From positions 1 to 54,960 of IMG/VR virus record IMGVR_UViG_3300030090_005625: a stretch of 54,960 nucleotides of DNA. One strand, written 5' to 3'. Every line of letters starts with the position of its first letter. Position 1 is the stretch's first letter. The notes beneath the pieces are model-generated. The model was not told where the DNA came from, did not search any database, and saw only the letters and a list, made by a program, of their open reading frames with translations. The DNA comes from a virus. Lineage: Duplodnaviria > Caudoviricetes. Made by a program: the position numbers and the translations under genes. Shown in pieces: positions 19,729 through 29,914 of this stretch.

Positions 19729-20196
19729 ATGCCAAAAAAACCATATACTTGGGGAAAAGTCAAAGCTGGTGACATAATATCTTTTCGATATAAAAGTAAA
19801 AAAGATAATGTGGCAACACTAGATACATTACTTGTTTTGAACACCAATCTACCATTCAAAAAAAAAGATGGTACAACAAATTTTCACCTAGTTGGTTTAA
19901 AATTAGAAAGTCAAGGTACTATCCCATTGGTGAAAAACAAACCAGCGTTGGTACGTATAATAGAAAAAATTGGTGACGTTAAAATCGTTGAGGGTACGGA
20001 TGATATATTTAGAGTTGTACCTTTTAATGTAGGCCCGAGAGGTGTATCCAAAAAGTTGTATGCAAGAATAAAGGAAGTAATAGAAAAGTATTCAATGTAT
20101 CGAACTTATGATTTTATAGAGGCAAAAAAATCAGCTGTTTTTTTAGAGCCAGTTGAACTTCCAAACAATGTTATGGAGTTATTACGTGAAACTTAG
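19729..20196 (+). CDS. Hypothetical basic protein
   Basis: 155-aa ORF in the operon; weak resemblance to T4 gp2-like proteins (F.Y, G.L, YRTY) not sufficient to call. Confidence 0.55.
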   Translation: MPKKPYTWGKVKAGDIISFRYKSKKDNVATLDTLLVLNTNLPFKKKDGTTNFHLVGLKLESQGTIPLVKNKPALVRIIEKIGDVKIVEGTDDIFRVVPFNVGPRGVSKKLYARIKEVIEKYSMYRTYDFIEAKKSAVFLEPVELPNNVMELLRET

Positions 20197-20800
20197 TTAT
20201 GGAATAACAGTCCACGATGAGGCTGAAGAACTAAAAAGGTTATTAAATATTCTAACAGATAATATAGATAAAGAAGATGAGATAGTCATTTGTATCGATG
20301 GGGATGATGTAAAAGTAGAGTCAGTCGTAGGTGAATATTTATCTGAAAATGAAGCCATAGTTTATAAAAGAAAACTTGATGGTGATTTTGCTGCACAAAA
20401 AAATTCTGTCATAGAGAACTCTAGTGGTGATTATATTTTTCATATCGACGCTGATGAGTACCCAAGTGATGGTTTATTAGAATATGTCAAGCCTGTTTTA
20501 GAAATAAATAAAGTAGATTTGATTTGGGTTCCACGAGTAAATACTGTTGATGGATTGACCGATGAATATTGTAACAAGTGGGGTTGGAGAATTACGCAAA
20601 ATGGTTGGGTGAATTATCCTGATTATCAGAGTCGTATTTTTAGAAATGATAAATCTATAAGATGGCAAAATAAAGTACATGAAAGAATTTTTGGAGCTAA
20701 AGAATACTCCCATTTACCACCAAATGAAACGTTGAGTTTATATCATCCCAAAACAATTAACAAACAAATAAAACAAAATGAGTTTTACAGTCAAATATGA
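20186..20800 (+). CDS. Glycosyltransferase family 2
   Basis: SYGITVHDE, DFAAQKN, IDADE DxD motif, PDYQ.RIF, VHE; likely GTG start at 20186 with GGAG RBS. Confidence 0.9.
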   Translation: MKLSYGITVHDEAEELKRLLNILTDNIDKEDEIVICIDGDDVKVESVVGEYLSENEAIVYKRKLDGDFAAQKNSVIENSSGDYIFHIDADEYPSDGLLEYVKPVLEINKVDLIWVPRVNTVDGLTDEYCNKWGWRITQNGWVNYPDYQSRIFRNDKSIRWQNKVHERIFGAKEYSHLPPNETLSLYHPKTINKQIKQNEFYSQI

Positions 20801-22452
20801 TAAAAATTAAATTATTAGAACATGAAATTCACAGGAATGAAACAACGTTTCGTCCGTTTTTATTCGCACAAAATACACTACGTGAAGTTGGTATTGAATT
20901 TACAACTTCAGATGATTACGATTATGCTTGGGTTGGACAAGCTAGTATCATTGACAAAAAGAAATCACTAAGAGAATCAATAGATAAGGGACTTGAGTTT
21001 TTATCTGGTCTTAATGGTGATTACATGATAATAGATGGTCAAGACGCCACATCATTGATTGGGACTATTGATGTTTTTAGAGAATCAAACGCACTATTGT
21101 TTTTAAAAAACTCTTATCTAAAAGATTTTGACTTATATAAACAAGGTTGGATGAATGGTAGAATATATTGGGGTGAAGGAGATTATACAGTTCCTGATAT
21201 TGATGAATTAAAACCAAAAATGAAACTAACAGGTTGTAATTGGTTAGGAACAATCAACCCACAAATGATGAATTATAACGCTGATAAAAAATATGATGTA
21301 TCATGCATGTTTAGTTGGGGTGACATTGAGAATTTTGAGCATGATATTCAAACTAATATTCCCTATGATGACCATCGTAGAATACTATTAGAAAAATTAG
21401 AAAAAACTAATTATAACGTGGTTAGAAGAGAATCAGGAGTTCGTATTCCACAACAAGAATTCTATCAAAATATGTATGACTCTAAAATAGTTATGGCTCC
21501 AATAGGATATGGAGAGATGGCAGTTAGAGATATAGAAGCGGCCGGATTCGGTTCTGTTCTGATTAAGCCAGATATGGATTATATTTATTCTAAGCCGTTT
21601 GTTTATGAGGATGGTGAGACTTATATTGCTTGTAAATACGATTGGTCAGACGTTGAAGATAAAATAGATTATGTCTTGTCAAATTATAAAGAATTACAAC
21701 CTTATTTAGTTGAGAATATGAGAAAGAGATTTAAGGAACAATACTCACATGAAAATCTAGCCTTACATTTGTATGATATGTTTAGAAATCTACCGTCAAT
21801 GTCAGTAGAGAATGCAGAAAATACAACCACGGACATTACATTAAATGAAATTGAAAAAATTCAATCGGTGGTCGATATTTGTGATGGTATGTGTTTCGAC
21901 CAATACAAATCTATTTACAATTGTATAAAAGAAAAAAAAGGTTCTAATGTTTTGGTTTTTGGTGTAGGTAGTGATTCAGATTTGTGGCATGAGACGAATC
22001 AAAATGGTAAAACAGTTTTTTTAGAAAATCATGATGAATGGTTAAAAAAAGTCAATCAAGAATCACCTCATTTAAACGTATACGAAATTCAATACACCAA
22101 TAATGGATATGAAGCTGACAAGTTAATGAATGAGTATATTTCAGGAAATCACGATTGTCTTTCTGTGGATTTACCAGATGAAGTTAGGGAGACTAAATGG
22201 GATGTTATTATAGTTGACGCCCCAGCTGCGTGGGATTACAAATACCCTTGTAGAATGAAAAGTATTTATGAAGCTTATAATTTAGCAAAAAATTCAGACC
22301 ACATAGATATTTTTGTACACGATACACATAGAGAAATAGAAATCAAATACTGTGATTATTTTTTAAGACCTAATTTTGATTTTGTTCAAGAGGTTACAGA
22401 CCCACCTGGTTCGCGTTGGGAAGGTCGAAAGTTATTTCATTTTAGAAAGTAG
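20797..22452 (+). CDS. Fusion: GT-B glycosyltransferase + DUF579 (GXM/IRX15-like) polysaccharide O-methyltransferase
   Basis: N-half SKIVMAPIGYGE..RD.EA..G.VLIKP; C-half NVLVFGVGSDS..W...N..GKTVFLE, WDVIIVDAP, RMKSIY.A, IFVHD..R.IE. Confidence 0.8.
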   Translation: MIKIKLLEHEIHRNETTFRPFLFAQNTLREVGIEFTTSDDYDYAWVGQASIIDKKKSLRESIDKGLEFLSGLNGDYMIIDGQDATSLIGTIDVFRESNALLFLKNSYLKDFDLYKQGWMNGRIYWGEGDYTVPDIDELKPKMKLTGCNWLGTINPQMMNYNADKKYDVSCMFSWGDIENFEHDIQTNIPYDDHRRILLEKLEKTNYNVVRRESGVRIPQQEFYQNMYDSKIVMAPIGYGEMAVRDIEAAGFGSVLIKPDMDYIYSKPFVYEDGETYIACKYDWSDVEDKIDYVLSNYKELQPYLVENMRKRFKEQYSHENLALHLYDMFRNLPSMSVENAENTTTDITLNEIEKIQSVVDICDGMCFDQYKSIYNCIKEKKGSNVLVFGVGSDSDLWHETNQNGKTVFLENHDEWLKKVNQESPHLNVYEIQYTNNGYEADKLMNEYISGNHDCLSVDLPDEVRETKWDVIIVDAPAAWDYKYPCRMKSIYEAYNLAKNSDHIDIFVHDTHREIEIKYCDYFLRPNFDFVQEVTDPPGSRWEGRKLFHFRK

Positions 22453-23193
22453 GTGAAAATGTTTAGTTATAATGAATTTAAAAATCTAATAAATATGGTG
22501 CAACAAAACTTACCAATTGTTGACTATAAAGACGTTAAAGATAACACAAAGAAGTTTTGCGTGTTGAGACACGATATAGAGTTTTCAATTGATAGAGCAT
22601 ATAAATTAGCTAAAATAGAAAATGAATTAGGCGTTGAATCAACATATACTGTCCAAGTCCGAAACAACACTTACAACGCGTTATCTGAGAAAAATATCAA
22701 CTTGATTTCAAAGATTAGAGACTTGGGTCATCACATAGGTCTACACCAGAATCCACCATCCTCGATGAAATTAGAGACCTTAAAAGACTATATTATGAGA
22801 GATATAAACATATTAGAGGATTCTTATGGATTTGAGATAGATAGATTTGCGTTTCATAGACCAAAAAAAGAGTATTTAAATTGTTATGTTGAATTAGAAA
22901 ATAAAATTAATTGTTATGATAAAAAGTTTTTTCATTTTTTTGAGGACAAACCAGAGACTTTAGAAATATTATATTTAGCAGATTCCAATCATAAATGGAA
23001 GTATGGGTATCCCTTAGATTTTGATTTTTCTAAAATAGACAAGTTACAATTACTAACACATCCGTTTTCTTGGTCAGAAAAAGGAGCTGATAATTACGCT
23101 AATTTCGTATCCTTGATACGAGAGAGAAATGATGAATTAGTTAATTCAATGAACACCGAAACAAATACCTTTCCACAGGAGTTATTGTCTTGA
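22453..23193 (+). CDS. Polysaccharide deacetylase-like protein (WbmS-like)
   Basis: LRHDIE, GHHIGLH, LLTHP..W. Confidence 0.7.
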   Translation: MKMFSYNEFKNLINMVQQNLPIVDYKDVKDNTKKFCVLRHDIEFSIDRAYKLAKIENELGVESTYTVQVRNNTYNALSEKNINLISKIRDLGHHIGLHQNPPSSMKLETLKDYIMRDINILEDSYGFEIDRFAFHRPKKEYLNCYVELENKINCYDKKFFHFFEDKPETLEILYLADSNHKWKYGYPLDFDFSKIDKLQLLTHPFSWSEKGADNYANFVSLIRERNDELVNSMNTETNTFPQELLS

Positions 23194-24092
23194 AATATAA
23201 AGTTGTCGTCTTTGGAACAAAAGAATCAACCGCTCACATAATAAAAAAGTTTAAAAAAGATATTGATTTAGTCGTTACTATTAACAATAAAAATTCCTAC
23301 AATATTTCAGGTAAGGGGGATGTCGAGGGAACGGCTAAATCGAATAATATTGAGTGTTTTACAACGGATGATTACACGTTGAAATCTTGTACAGAATTTT
23401 TTCAAAACAATGAGTTCGAAATCGGTATTAGTTATGGATGGCAAAGATTGATACCCCAATCAATTTTAGATGAATTTAAGCAAGGTGTCTTTGGAACTCA
23501 CGCTAGTCCACTTGGTTTACCTTATGGTAAAGGTAGGTCACCACTTAATTGGTCAATAATTAGAGACTTTAAACAAGTTTACTTTAATGTTTTTAAGTAC
23601 GTAGCAAAAGCAGATAGTGGTGAAATTTTTTCAACAACAAAGTTTGAAATTAATGATTGGGATACAATTGAGTCGATAAAAATTAAGGACTTGATTGTTA
23701 CTGAACGAGAAATAAGTAGATTGATTCAAGATTTTAAAGAAAATAGAATAACTTTATTTTCACAAAAAAATAATATTGAAGAGACTTTTTTTCCAAAACG
23801 AGCACCGAAAGATGGTAAAATAGATTTATGGTCAACACCAAGAGAAATCTATAATTTAGTACGTGGTGTCACTAGACCATTTCCAGGTGCTTTTCTCATG
23901 TTCGGTGATTATAAAGTAACAATTTGGGATGCTGTTCCGTTTGATAATCAACTTAATTTTAATTATTATGGTTTAGGACAAGTCATAAGAAAAGTTAAAA
24001 ATAAATTGATAATCAAGTTAGATGGTGGTAGTTTATTAATTAACGACTATGAATGTGATGTTGAAATAAAAGAGGGTGATGAATTAGAATGA
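23190..24092 (+). CDS. Sugar N-formyltransferase (Fmt/ArnA-N-like)
   Basis: GWQRLIP, HAS..LP.G.GRSPLNW, ADSG, RAPKDGKID, VRGVTRPFPGAF. Confidence 0.88.
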   Translation: MKYKVVVFGTKESTAHIIKKFKKDIDLVVTINNKNSYNISGKGDVEGTAKSNNIECFTTDDYTLKSCTEFFQNNEFEIGISYGWQRLIPQSILDEFKQGVFGTHASPLGLPYGKGRSPLNWSIIRDFKQVYFNVFKYVAKADSGEIFSTTKFEINDWDTIESIKIKDLIVTEREISRLIQDFKENRITLFSQKNNIEETFFPKRAPKDGKIDLWSTPREIYNLVRGVTRPFPGAFLMFGDYKVTIWDAVPFDNQLNFNYYGLGQVIRKVKNKLIIKLDGGSLLINDYECDVEIKEGDELE

Positions 24093-25447
24093 AAAAAAAT
24101 GTAATCTGGTGGCCAGCTGTAAAGAATAAAGACCACAATGATAAATACGGTAACTTTGATTATTTTGAATATTCGAGGAAGACTTGGGAGTTTTGGTGTA
24201 AGAAAAATGATGTTTTATTCGTGCCTTTTGAAGAACCAGTGGAGCAAAACTTACATGACTATCGTATTAATTGGCAGAAAGCAATATTTGTATTTGATGA
24301 ATTAGAGCGTAGGGGTATTGATTATGACCAAATTGCTTTAGTGGATAGCACGGTCATGGTTAAATGGAGTTGTCCAAATTTTTTTGAATTGACAGATAGA
24401 AAATTTACCGTGACAAGAGACATTGATAATATGAGTTGGACTCATGATAGTATTCAAGGTTATAAAAATATCTTTAATGATTTTGATTTAGATTCAACAA
24501 AATATTTTAGGTCTGGCTTCATGGTATTCAATGAAACACATAAAAATTTATTTCAAGATTTAAAAAATTTTTACATAAAAAACAAAAGAGATTTTATAAA
24601 ATTACAAGATGAGGTCGTACGAAAAGGTAATGACCAAACACCGATTAATTATTGGGTACAAAAAAATAATATAGAGTTGAAATTTTTACCACAAGCCTTA
24701 TGGATGTGTTCTCACATGCACAGAAAAGAAATGTTATCACATAACTGGCAACTTGATGAGGATAAAACACCGTTTTTCATTAAATATGCTAATAATTGGA
24801 TGTTCAATGGTATACCAAAAGACCAAAGAACATCTTTGATGAGTCAAACTTGGGAATTAGTCAAGAACAATTATACATTTGATGAAACAGAGTTATTACT
24901 AAACTCAGTAAACCACAAGGACACTTTTAAAAACGCCACATCGAGAAAATTTAAACAAGACTTACTAGAATTTTTTTCTGAGGATAAATATAAAAATATG
25001 ACCATGGTCGAATTTGGAGCATGTCACGGAGATACGACAAAAGTTTTTAGTAAATTATTTAAAAAAGTATATGCTTATGATTGGTCTGAAGAAAATGTTG
25101 AAAGAATAAATATCAAATGTAAAGGTTGTGATAACGTGGAGACAAAAGTAATGGACGTTGTAAAAGACGAGTGGAAACTACCACAAGCGCAAATTGTGTT
25201 TGTTGATGCTAGTCATGATTATCCACAAGTTGCAATAGATATACAAAAGACGTTAGATTACTTTGATAATCCAATTATAATAATGGATGATTACGGTAAT
25301 CCGAACAACCGAAATATTAGAGTGTCGATAGATGAAAAAATAAAAGAGGGACAGATAAAGATTCGTAAATTTATTGGTGAGGACAAAGGTTTTAAAACTA
25401 AAGCTGGTTGGGAGATGATTGATAAAGAGGGAGTGATTTTATGGTAA
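24089..25447 (+). CDS. Fusion: GT-A (GT8-like) glycosyltransferase + class I SAM methyltransferase
   Basis: N-half WQK, LVDST, SGFMVF, DQTPIN; C-half VEFGACHG, FVDASHDY, IMDDY. Confidence 0.8.
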   Translation: MKKNVIWWPAVKNKDHNDKYGNFDYFEYSRKTWEFWCKKNDVLFVPFEEPVEQNLHDYRINWQKAIFVFDELERRGIDYDQIALVDSTVMVKWSCPNFFELTDRKFTVTRDIDNMSWTHDSIQGYKNIFNDFDLDSTKYFRSGFMVFNETHKNLFQDLKNFYIKNKRDFIKLQDEVVRKGNDQTPINYWVQKNNIELKFLPQALWMCSHMHRKEMLSHNWQLDEDKTPFFIKYANNWMFNGIPKDQRTSLMSQTWELVKNNYTFDETELLLNSVNHKDTFKNATSRKFKQDLLEFFSEDKYKNMTMVEFGACHGDTTKVFSKLFKKVYAYDWSEENVERINIKCKGCDNVETKVMDVVKDEWKLPQAQIVFVDASHDYPQVAIDIQKTLDYFDNPIIIMDDYGNPNNRNIRVSIDEKIKEGQIKIRKFIGEDKGFKTKAGWEMIDKEGVILW

Positions 25448-26160
25448 AAGCTATTTTTATATCAGTCAGAACAGGTTCATCTCGTTTACCAAATAAATCA
25501 ATGCTTAAAATAAAAAATAAACATACAATTGAATACGTGATTGATGCTGTAAAAAAATCACAACACGCTGATGAGATTGTTCTTTGTACGACTGAGAATG
25601 CAGAGGATGTGATACTCGGTGCAGTTGCCGAGGTTAATCGAATAAAGTTTTGTTATGGTAATGAAAATAATAAATTGAAGAGGTGGTACGAAGCAGCTCG
25701 AAAATTTAATATTGATTACTTCGTAACGGTTGATGGTGATGATTTATTTTATGATGCAAGATTAGCCGATTTATGTTTTCAACAAATTGGTGATTCGGAT
25801 ATGATAAATGGACAAGGATTATATAATGACACTTATGGTATAAAAACCAAAACACTTGAATCTATGTTACATATCCTTGAAGATAAAGTTATTGAACCAC
25901 ACGAGATGGTAAAACTATTTCAAAATAAATTTAATATCAAAACTCCGACCAACATACCTGAGATTTTACAAAAACAAAATATTCGAATGACATTAGATTA
26001 CGAAGAGGACTTTAATTTTTTTGAAAATGTAATAAATAATGTCAAAGATAATTTTGTATTAGATGATATACTTTTATATTTAAAAGAAAATAAATCTGTA
26101 GTTGACATTAATTATTTTAGAGAAGACGATTGGAAAAAAAATCAGGAGGTGCTTAATTGA
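25441..26160 (+). CDS. Acylneuraminate/nonulosonate cytidylyltransferase (SpsF/NeuA family)
   Basis: R.GSSRLPNK, VDGDD, RMTLDYEED. Confidence 0.88.
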   Translation: MVKAIFISVRTGSSRLPNKSMLKIKNKHTIEYVIDAVKKSQHADEIVLCTTENAEDVILGAVAEVNRIKFCYGNENNKLKRWYEAARKFNIDYFVTVDGDDLFYDARLADLCFQQIGDSDMINGQGLYNDTYGIKTKTLESMLHILEDKVIEPHEMVKLFQNKFNIKTPTNIPEILQKQNIRMTLDYEEDFNFFENVINNVKDNFVLDDILLYLKENKSVVDINYFREDDWKKNQEVLN

Positions 26161-27320
26161 GAGATATACTAACTAATCCAAAAGGTAAATATAACGGTAA
26201 CGAATTGGAATACGTTCTTGATGTTTTGGATTCTGAGAATCAAGAAAGAAAAGCAAATCCTTTTGTGAATAGATTTGAAAATCAATTCAGTAAAAAGTTT
26301 CGTAGTAAATATGCTATAGCTCATAACTCAGGCACATCAACATTACATAGTTGTTTAGTTGCAGCAGGTGTCAAATGTGGAGATGAGGTTATATCACCAG
26401 CTCACACCGTAATAATGAATTCTTTCGTGACACTACAAATTGGTGCAACTCCAGTATACGTTGACATAGACCCCGATACTTTTAATATGTGTCCGAAAGA
26501 TTTAGAAAACAAGATAACTGAAAAGACTAAAGCAATACAAGTTGTTCATATGCATGGTAATCCATCAGATATGATTGAGATAATGAGAATATCAGAAAAA
26601 TATGATATACCAGTAATCGAGGATTCTGCACAATGTGTTCTTGGTTTTATCGACGGAAAACTAGTTGGTACTTTTGGAGATATGGCTAGTTGGAGTTTTG
26701 AAAATAAAAAACATATTTCAACTGGTGAAGGCGGTATGGTAACAACAGATAATAAGGATTATGCCACCATTGTTAGAAAACATGGGGGACTCGGTTACAA
26801 GACTTTAGAAGCTGGACAAAGTTTACGACAATTACTACCAAAAGATTTTCAAAACCCTTATTACAAAAGACACGATACTTTAGGTTATAATTATCGCATG
26901 AATGAATTGACAGCGGCGGTTGGATTAGGGCAATTAGAAAGAGTAGATTTTTTAGTAGAGAGAAGACAAGAGATTGCAAAGATGTACGACGATATCTTTA
27001 AAGATATTTGGTATATAAAACCCCAGAAAGTTTTAGATGGTCATACAAATACTTATTGGACTTATACCGTTACTTATGAGGGTAAAGATTGGTTTAAAGT
27101 ATATGATAATGTTAAGAACGCTGGGGGAGATGGTTTTTATGGTGGGTTGTCAATCCCCTATGAAGAGCCAGTGATGAAAAAATATCACTACATCAAGGGA
27201 GAATGTCCAAACGCTGAGAAGATACAGCCAAAAATGATGCAGTTTAAATGTAATTACAGAGATTTATCTGAAGCCGAGAGAAAAATACAAATACTGAAAA
27301 AAAGTTTAACTTCTCGATAA
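26157..27320 (+). CDS. DegT/DnrJ/EryC1/StrS PLP sugar aminotransferase
   Basis: NSGTSTLH, IEDSAQ, SFENKKHISTGEGGM (Lys present), GYNYRM. Confidence 0.93.
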   Translation: MRDILTNPKGKYNGNELEYVLDVLDSENQERKANPFVNRFENQFSKKFRSKYAIAHNSGTSTLHSCLVAAGVKCGDEVISPAHTVIMNSFVTLQIGATPVYVDIDPDTFNMCPKDLENKITEKTKAIQVVHMHGNPSDMIEIMRISEKYDIPVIEDSAQCVLGFIDGKLVGTFGDMASWSFENKKHISTGEGGMVTTDNKDYATIVRKHGGLGYKTLEAGQSLRQLLPKDFQNPYYKRHDTLGYNYRMNELTAAVGLGQLERVDFLVERRQEIAKMYDDIFKDIWYIKPQKVLDGHTNTYWTYTVTYEGKDWFKVYDNVKNAGGDGFYGGLSIPYEEPVMKKYHYIKGECPNAEKIQPKMMQFKCNYRDLSEAERKIQILKKSLTSR

Positions 27321-27362
27321 CTTAATTAATATATATAAATATAAAAACTAAAGGAGTTATAT

Positions 27363-28193
27363 ATGAGCACATATGTGATAGCTGAGATTGGTATCAATCA
27401 TAATGGTGATATGGATTTAGCTAAGGAATTGATACTAAAAGCAAAAGTTAGTGGATGTGACGCAGTCAAATTTCAAAAAAGAGATATAGATTCGGTATAT
27501 ACACAAGAGGAATTGGATACACCGAGGGAATCACCTTTTGGTACAACAACAAGAGAGCAAAAAGAGGGGATTGAATTTAGTATAGCACAATATAAAGAAT
27601 TACAAGAATATGCAAAACAACACTCATTAGATTTTATTATCTCTTGTTGGGATGAATTGAGTTTAGATTTAGTAGAGAGACATTTGGATGTGAAGTATCA
27701 CAAAGTAGCATCTGCAATGGCCACTGACAGAGAATTTCTTGAAAAATTAAATAAGACAAATAAACCTGTTATTTTATCTATTGGAATGTGCACCGATGAT
27801 GAAGTTACCGCCGCTATGAATATATTAAATAATGTCGAATATGTATTAGCTTGTACCAGCACATATCCGACTGCGGCTGAAGAGATTAATTTAAGATACA
27901 TTGAGACACTAAAGAAAAGTTATCCAACTATGAGGGTTGGTTTTTCAAATCATTATAATGGTCTTGACGCGTGTGTTGGTGCTATTGCTTTTGGTGCTGA
28001 GTGTATTGAATTTCACATCACCAAAGACAGAACAATGTATGGTTCAGACCAACCAGCTTCGATTCAACATTCGGATGATTTAGTGGACTCAATTAGGAAA
28101 ATGGAAGTGATGATGGGTGATGGTATCAAAAAAGTTTATGATTCCGAGGTTCCTATTGCTAAAAAATTAAGGAAAAAGTCGACGACATTATAG
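27363..28193 (+). CDS. neuB: N-acetylneuraminate/nonulosonic acid synthase (NeuB family, short form without SAF domain)
   Basis: IAEIGINHNGD, DAVKFQKR, KVASA, CTSTYP, GFSNH, IEFHIT, GSDQ. Confidence 0.93.
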   Translation: MSTYVIAEIGINHNGDMDLAKELILKAKVSGCDAVKFQKRDIDSVYTQEELDTPRESPFGTTTREQKEGIEFSIAQYKELQEYAKQHSLDFIISCWDELSLDLVERHLDVKYHKVASAMATDREFLEKLNKTNKPVILSIGMCTDDEVTAAMNILNNVEYVLACTSTYPTAAEEINLRYIETLKKSYPTMRVGFSNHYNGLDACVGAIAFGAECIEFHITKDRTMYGSDQPASIQHSDDLVDSIRKMEVMMGDGIKKVYDSEVPIAKKLRKKSTTL

Positions 28194-28997
28194 ATGTTTA
28201 ATTTAAATAACAAAACTGTTTTAATAACGGGTGGTTGTGGTTTACTTGGTATTCAACACGCAGAAGCTATCCTAGAGTTTGGTGGAGAGGTAATTTTAGC
28301 TGATATTGTTTCTGATGAAAAAAGACAACGAGTCGTTGATGGGTTAGTAATGAAATATGATGGTGCACAAATATCATCATTTTACATGGATGTCACTAAT
28401 AAAGACTCGATACAAAGTGTTGTTGATAAAATAAATAAAATAGATGTTTTGATAAATAACGCCGCGTTAGACCCTAAAGTAGAAAGTGGTTTGGAGTGGA
28501 AAAATAAATTTGAGGTTTTAGAATTAGAATCATGGAACAAAACTTTAGATGTTACTTTAACAGGAACCTTTTTATGCTCTCAAGTAGTCGTAAATAAAAT
28601 GTTATCTACGGGACTAGAGAGTGAATATTGTAGAGATGGTGGTGTTATCTTGAACATAGCATCAGATTTATCAATTATTTCACCAGACCAACGTATTTAT
28701 GGTGAATCTGTAAAACCAGCTAGTTACGGTGTTGCAAAAGCAGGTGTAGTGAACATGACGAAATATCTCTCAACATATTTAGCTAAAAAGAATATTCGTG
28801 TCAACTCATTGAGTCCAGCTGGTGTGTACAACAATCAATCTGATGATTTTGTGGATAAGTTGAAAAATTTAATTCCAATGGACAGAATGGCTGAACCTAA
28901 TGAACTCAAAGGTGCCATAGTATTCATGTGTTCTGATGCCAGTTCTTTCATGACAGGTCATAACTTAGTCATTGATGGTGGTAGAACAATATGGTAA
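28194..28997 (+). CDS. SDR oxidoreductase (PtmA/ElaC-like)
   Basis: TGGCGLLG, NNAA, YGVAK, IRVNSLSP, GHNLVIDGG. Confidence 0.9.
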   Translation: MFNLNNKTVLITGGCGLLGIQHAEAILEFGGEVILADIVSDEKRQRVVDGLVMKYDGAQISSFYMDVTNKDSIQSVVDKINKIDVLINNAALDPKVESGLEWKNKFEVLELESWNKTLDVTLTGTFLCSQVVVNKMLSTGLESEYCRDGGVILNIASDLSIISPDQRIYGESVKPASYGVAKAGVVNMTKYLSTYLAKKNIRVNSLSPAGVYNNQSDDFVDKLKNLIPMDRMAEPNELKGAIVFMCSDASSFMTGHNLVIDGGRTIW

Positions 28998-29914
28998 ACG
29001 TTTGTCTAGTCGGATGTGGTGGGGTTGGAAGAAGACATTTAGAAGCCATGATTAAGGTAAAACAAGAATTAAATATCGAGGTTGTTGAACCATATCTGAA
29101 AAATAAAATTGAAAATAATAACATAAGTTACTTTAATGATATAAAGGATGTTTCAGATAACATTGATATCTGTTTGATTGCCACTAAAGCTGATATTAGA
29201 AAAAAAGTTATATTAGATTTAGTTCATAGTAAAAATGTAAAATTTATGATATTAGAAAAAGTCGTTTTTCAAAACGAACGTGATTTTGATGAGATAATTA
29301 AACTACTCAAATCTAAAAATATTAAATGTTGGGTGAATTGTCATTTGAGAGCACAACCAATTTACAAAGAGTTGAAAAAACAATCAATGGTTGAGCACGA
29401 TACTTATTTTACCTATGATTATTCAGATGATTTTACTTTGTCAACCAGTGCTATTCACATTTTAGATTTATTTGCTTATTTGTGTAACGACTATAATTTA
29501 AGGATAATAAGATTAAAAACTGACGAGACCTTGACAAAAAGTAAACATGAAGGTTGTTTTGATTTTAATGGAAATATGGAAGTGGTTTCAACTAATAACC
29601 ATAAATTATCTGTTCAAAAAGTGAATAGGGTTTTTGGAGAACATTTAACCATTCAATCACCGAGTGTTCAAGTGAAAGCCGGAGAGGGAACAGACCCCGA
29701 CAATAGGGTTGGATTTGTTAATGACAAAAAAATACCCTATCTTTATCAAAGCTCATTAACTAATTTATACATTGAGGATATAATAAATAAATCAGATTGT
29801 GATTTGTCAACTTTAGAGAACTCAGCCATATTACATAAAATGATGTTATCAACTTTTAGGGATTTGTTTAGTAAAAAATATAATCGAGAGGTAATGGATT
29901 GTCCAATAACTTAA
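28991..29914 (+). CDS. Gfo/Idh/MocA oxidoreductase
   Basis: VGCGGVGRRH, ILEK, WVN. Confidence 0.82.
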   Translation: MVNVCLVGCGGVGRRHLEAMIKVKQELNIEVVEPYLKNKIENNNISYFNDIKDVSDNIDICLIATKADIRKKVILDLVHSKNVKFMILEKVVFQNERDFDEIIKLLKSKNIKCWVNCHLRAQPIYKELKKQSMVEHDTYFTYDYSDDFTLSTSAIHILDLFAYLCNDYNLRIIRLKTDETLTKSKHEGCFDFNGNMEVVSTNNHKLSVQKVNRVFGEHLTIQSPSVQVKAGEGTDPDNRVGFVNDKKIPYLYQSSLTNLYIEDIINKSDCDLSTLENSAILHKMMLSTFRDLFSKKYNREVMDCPIT

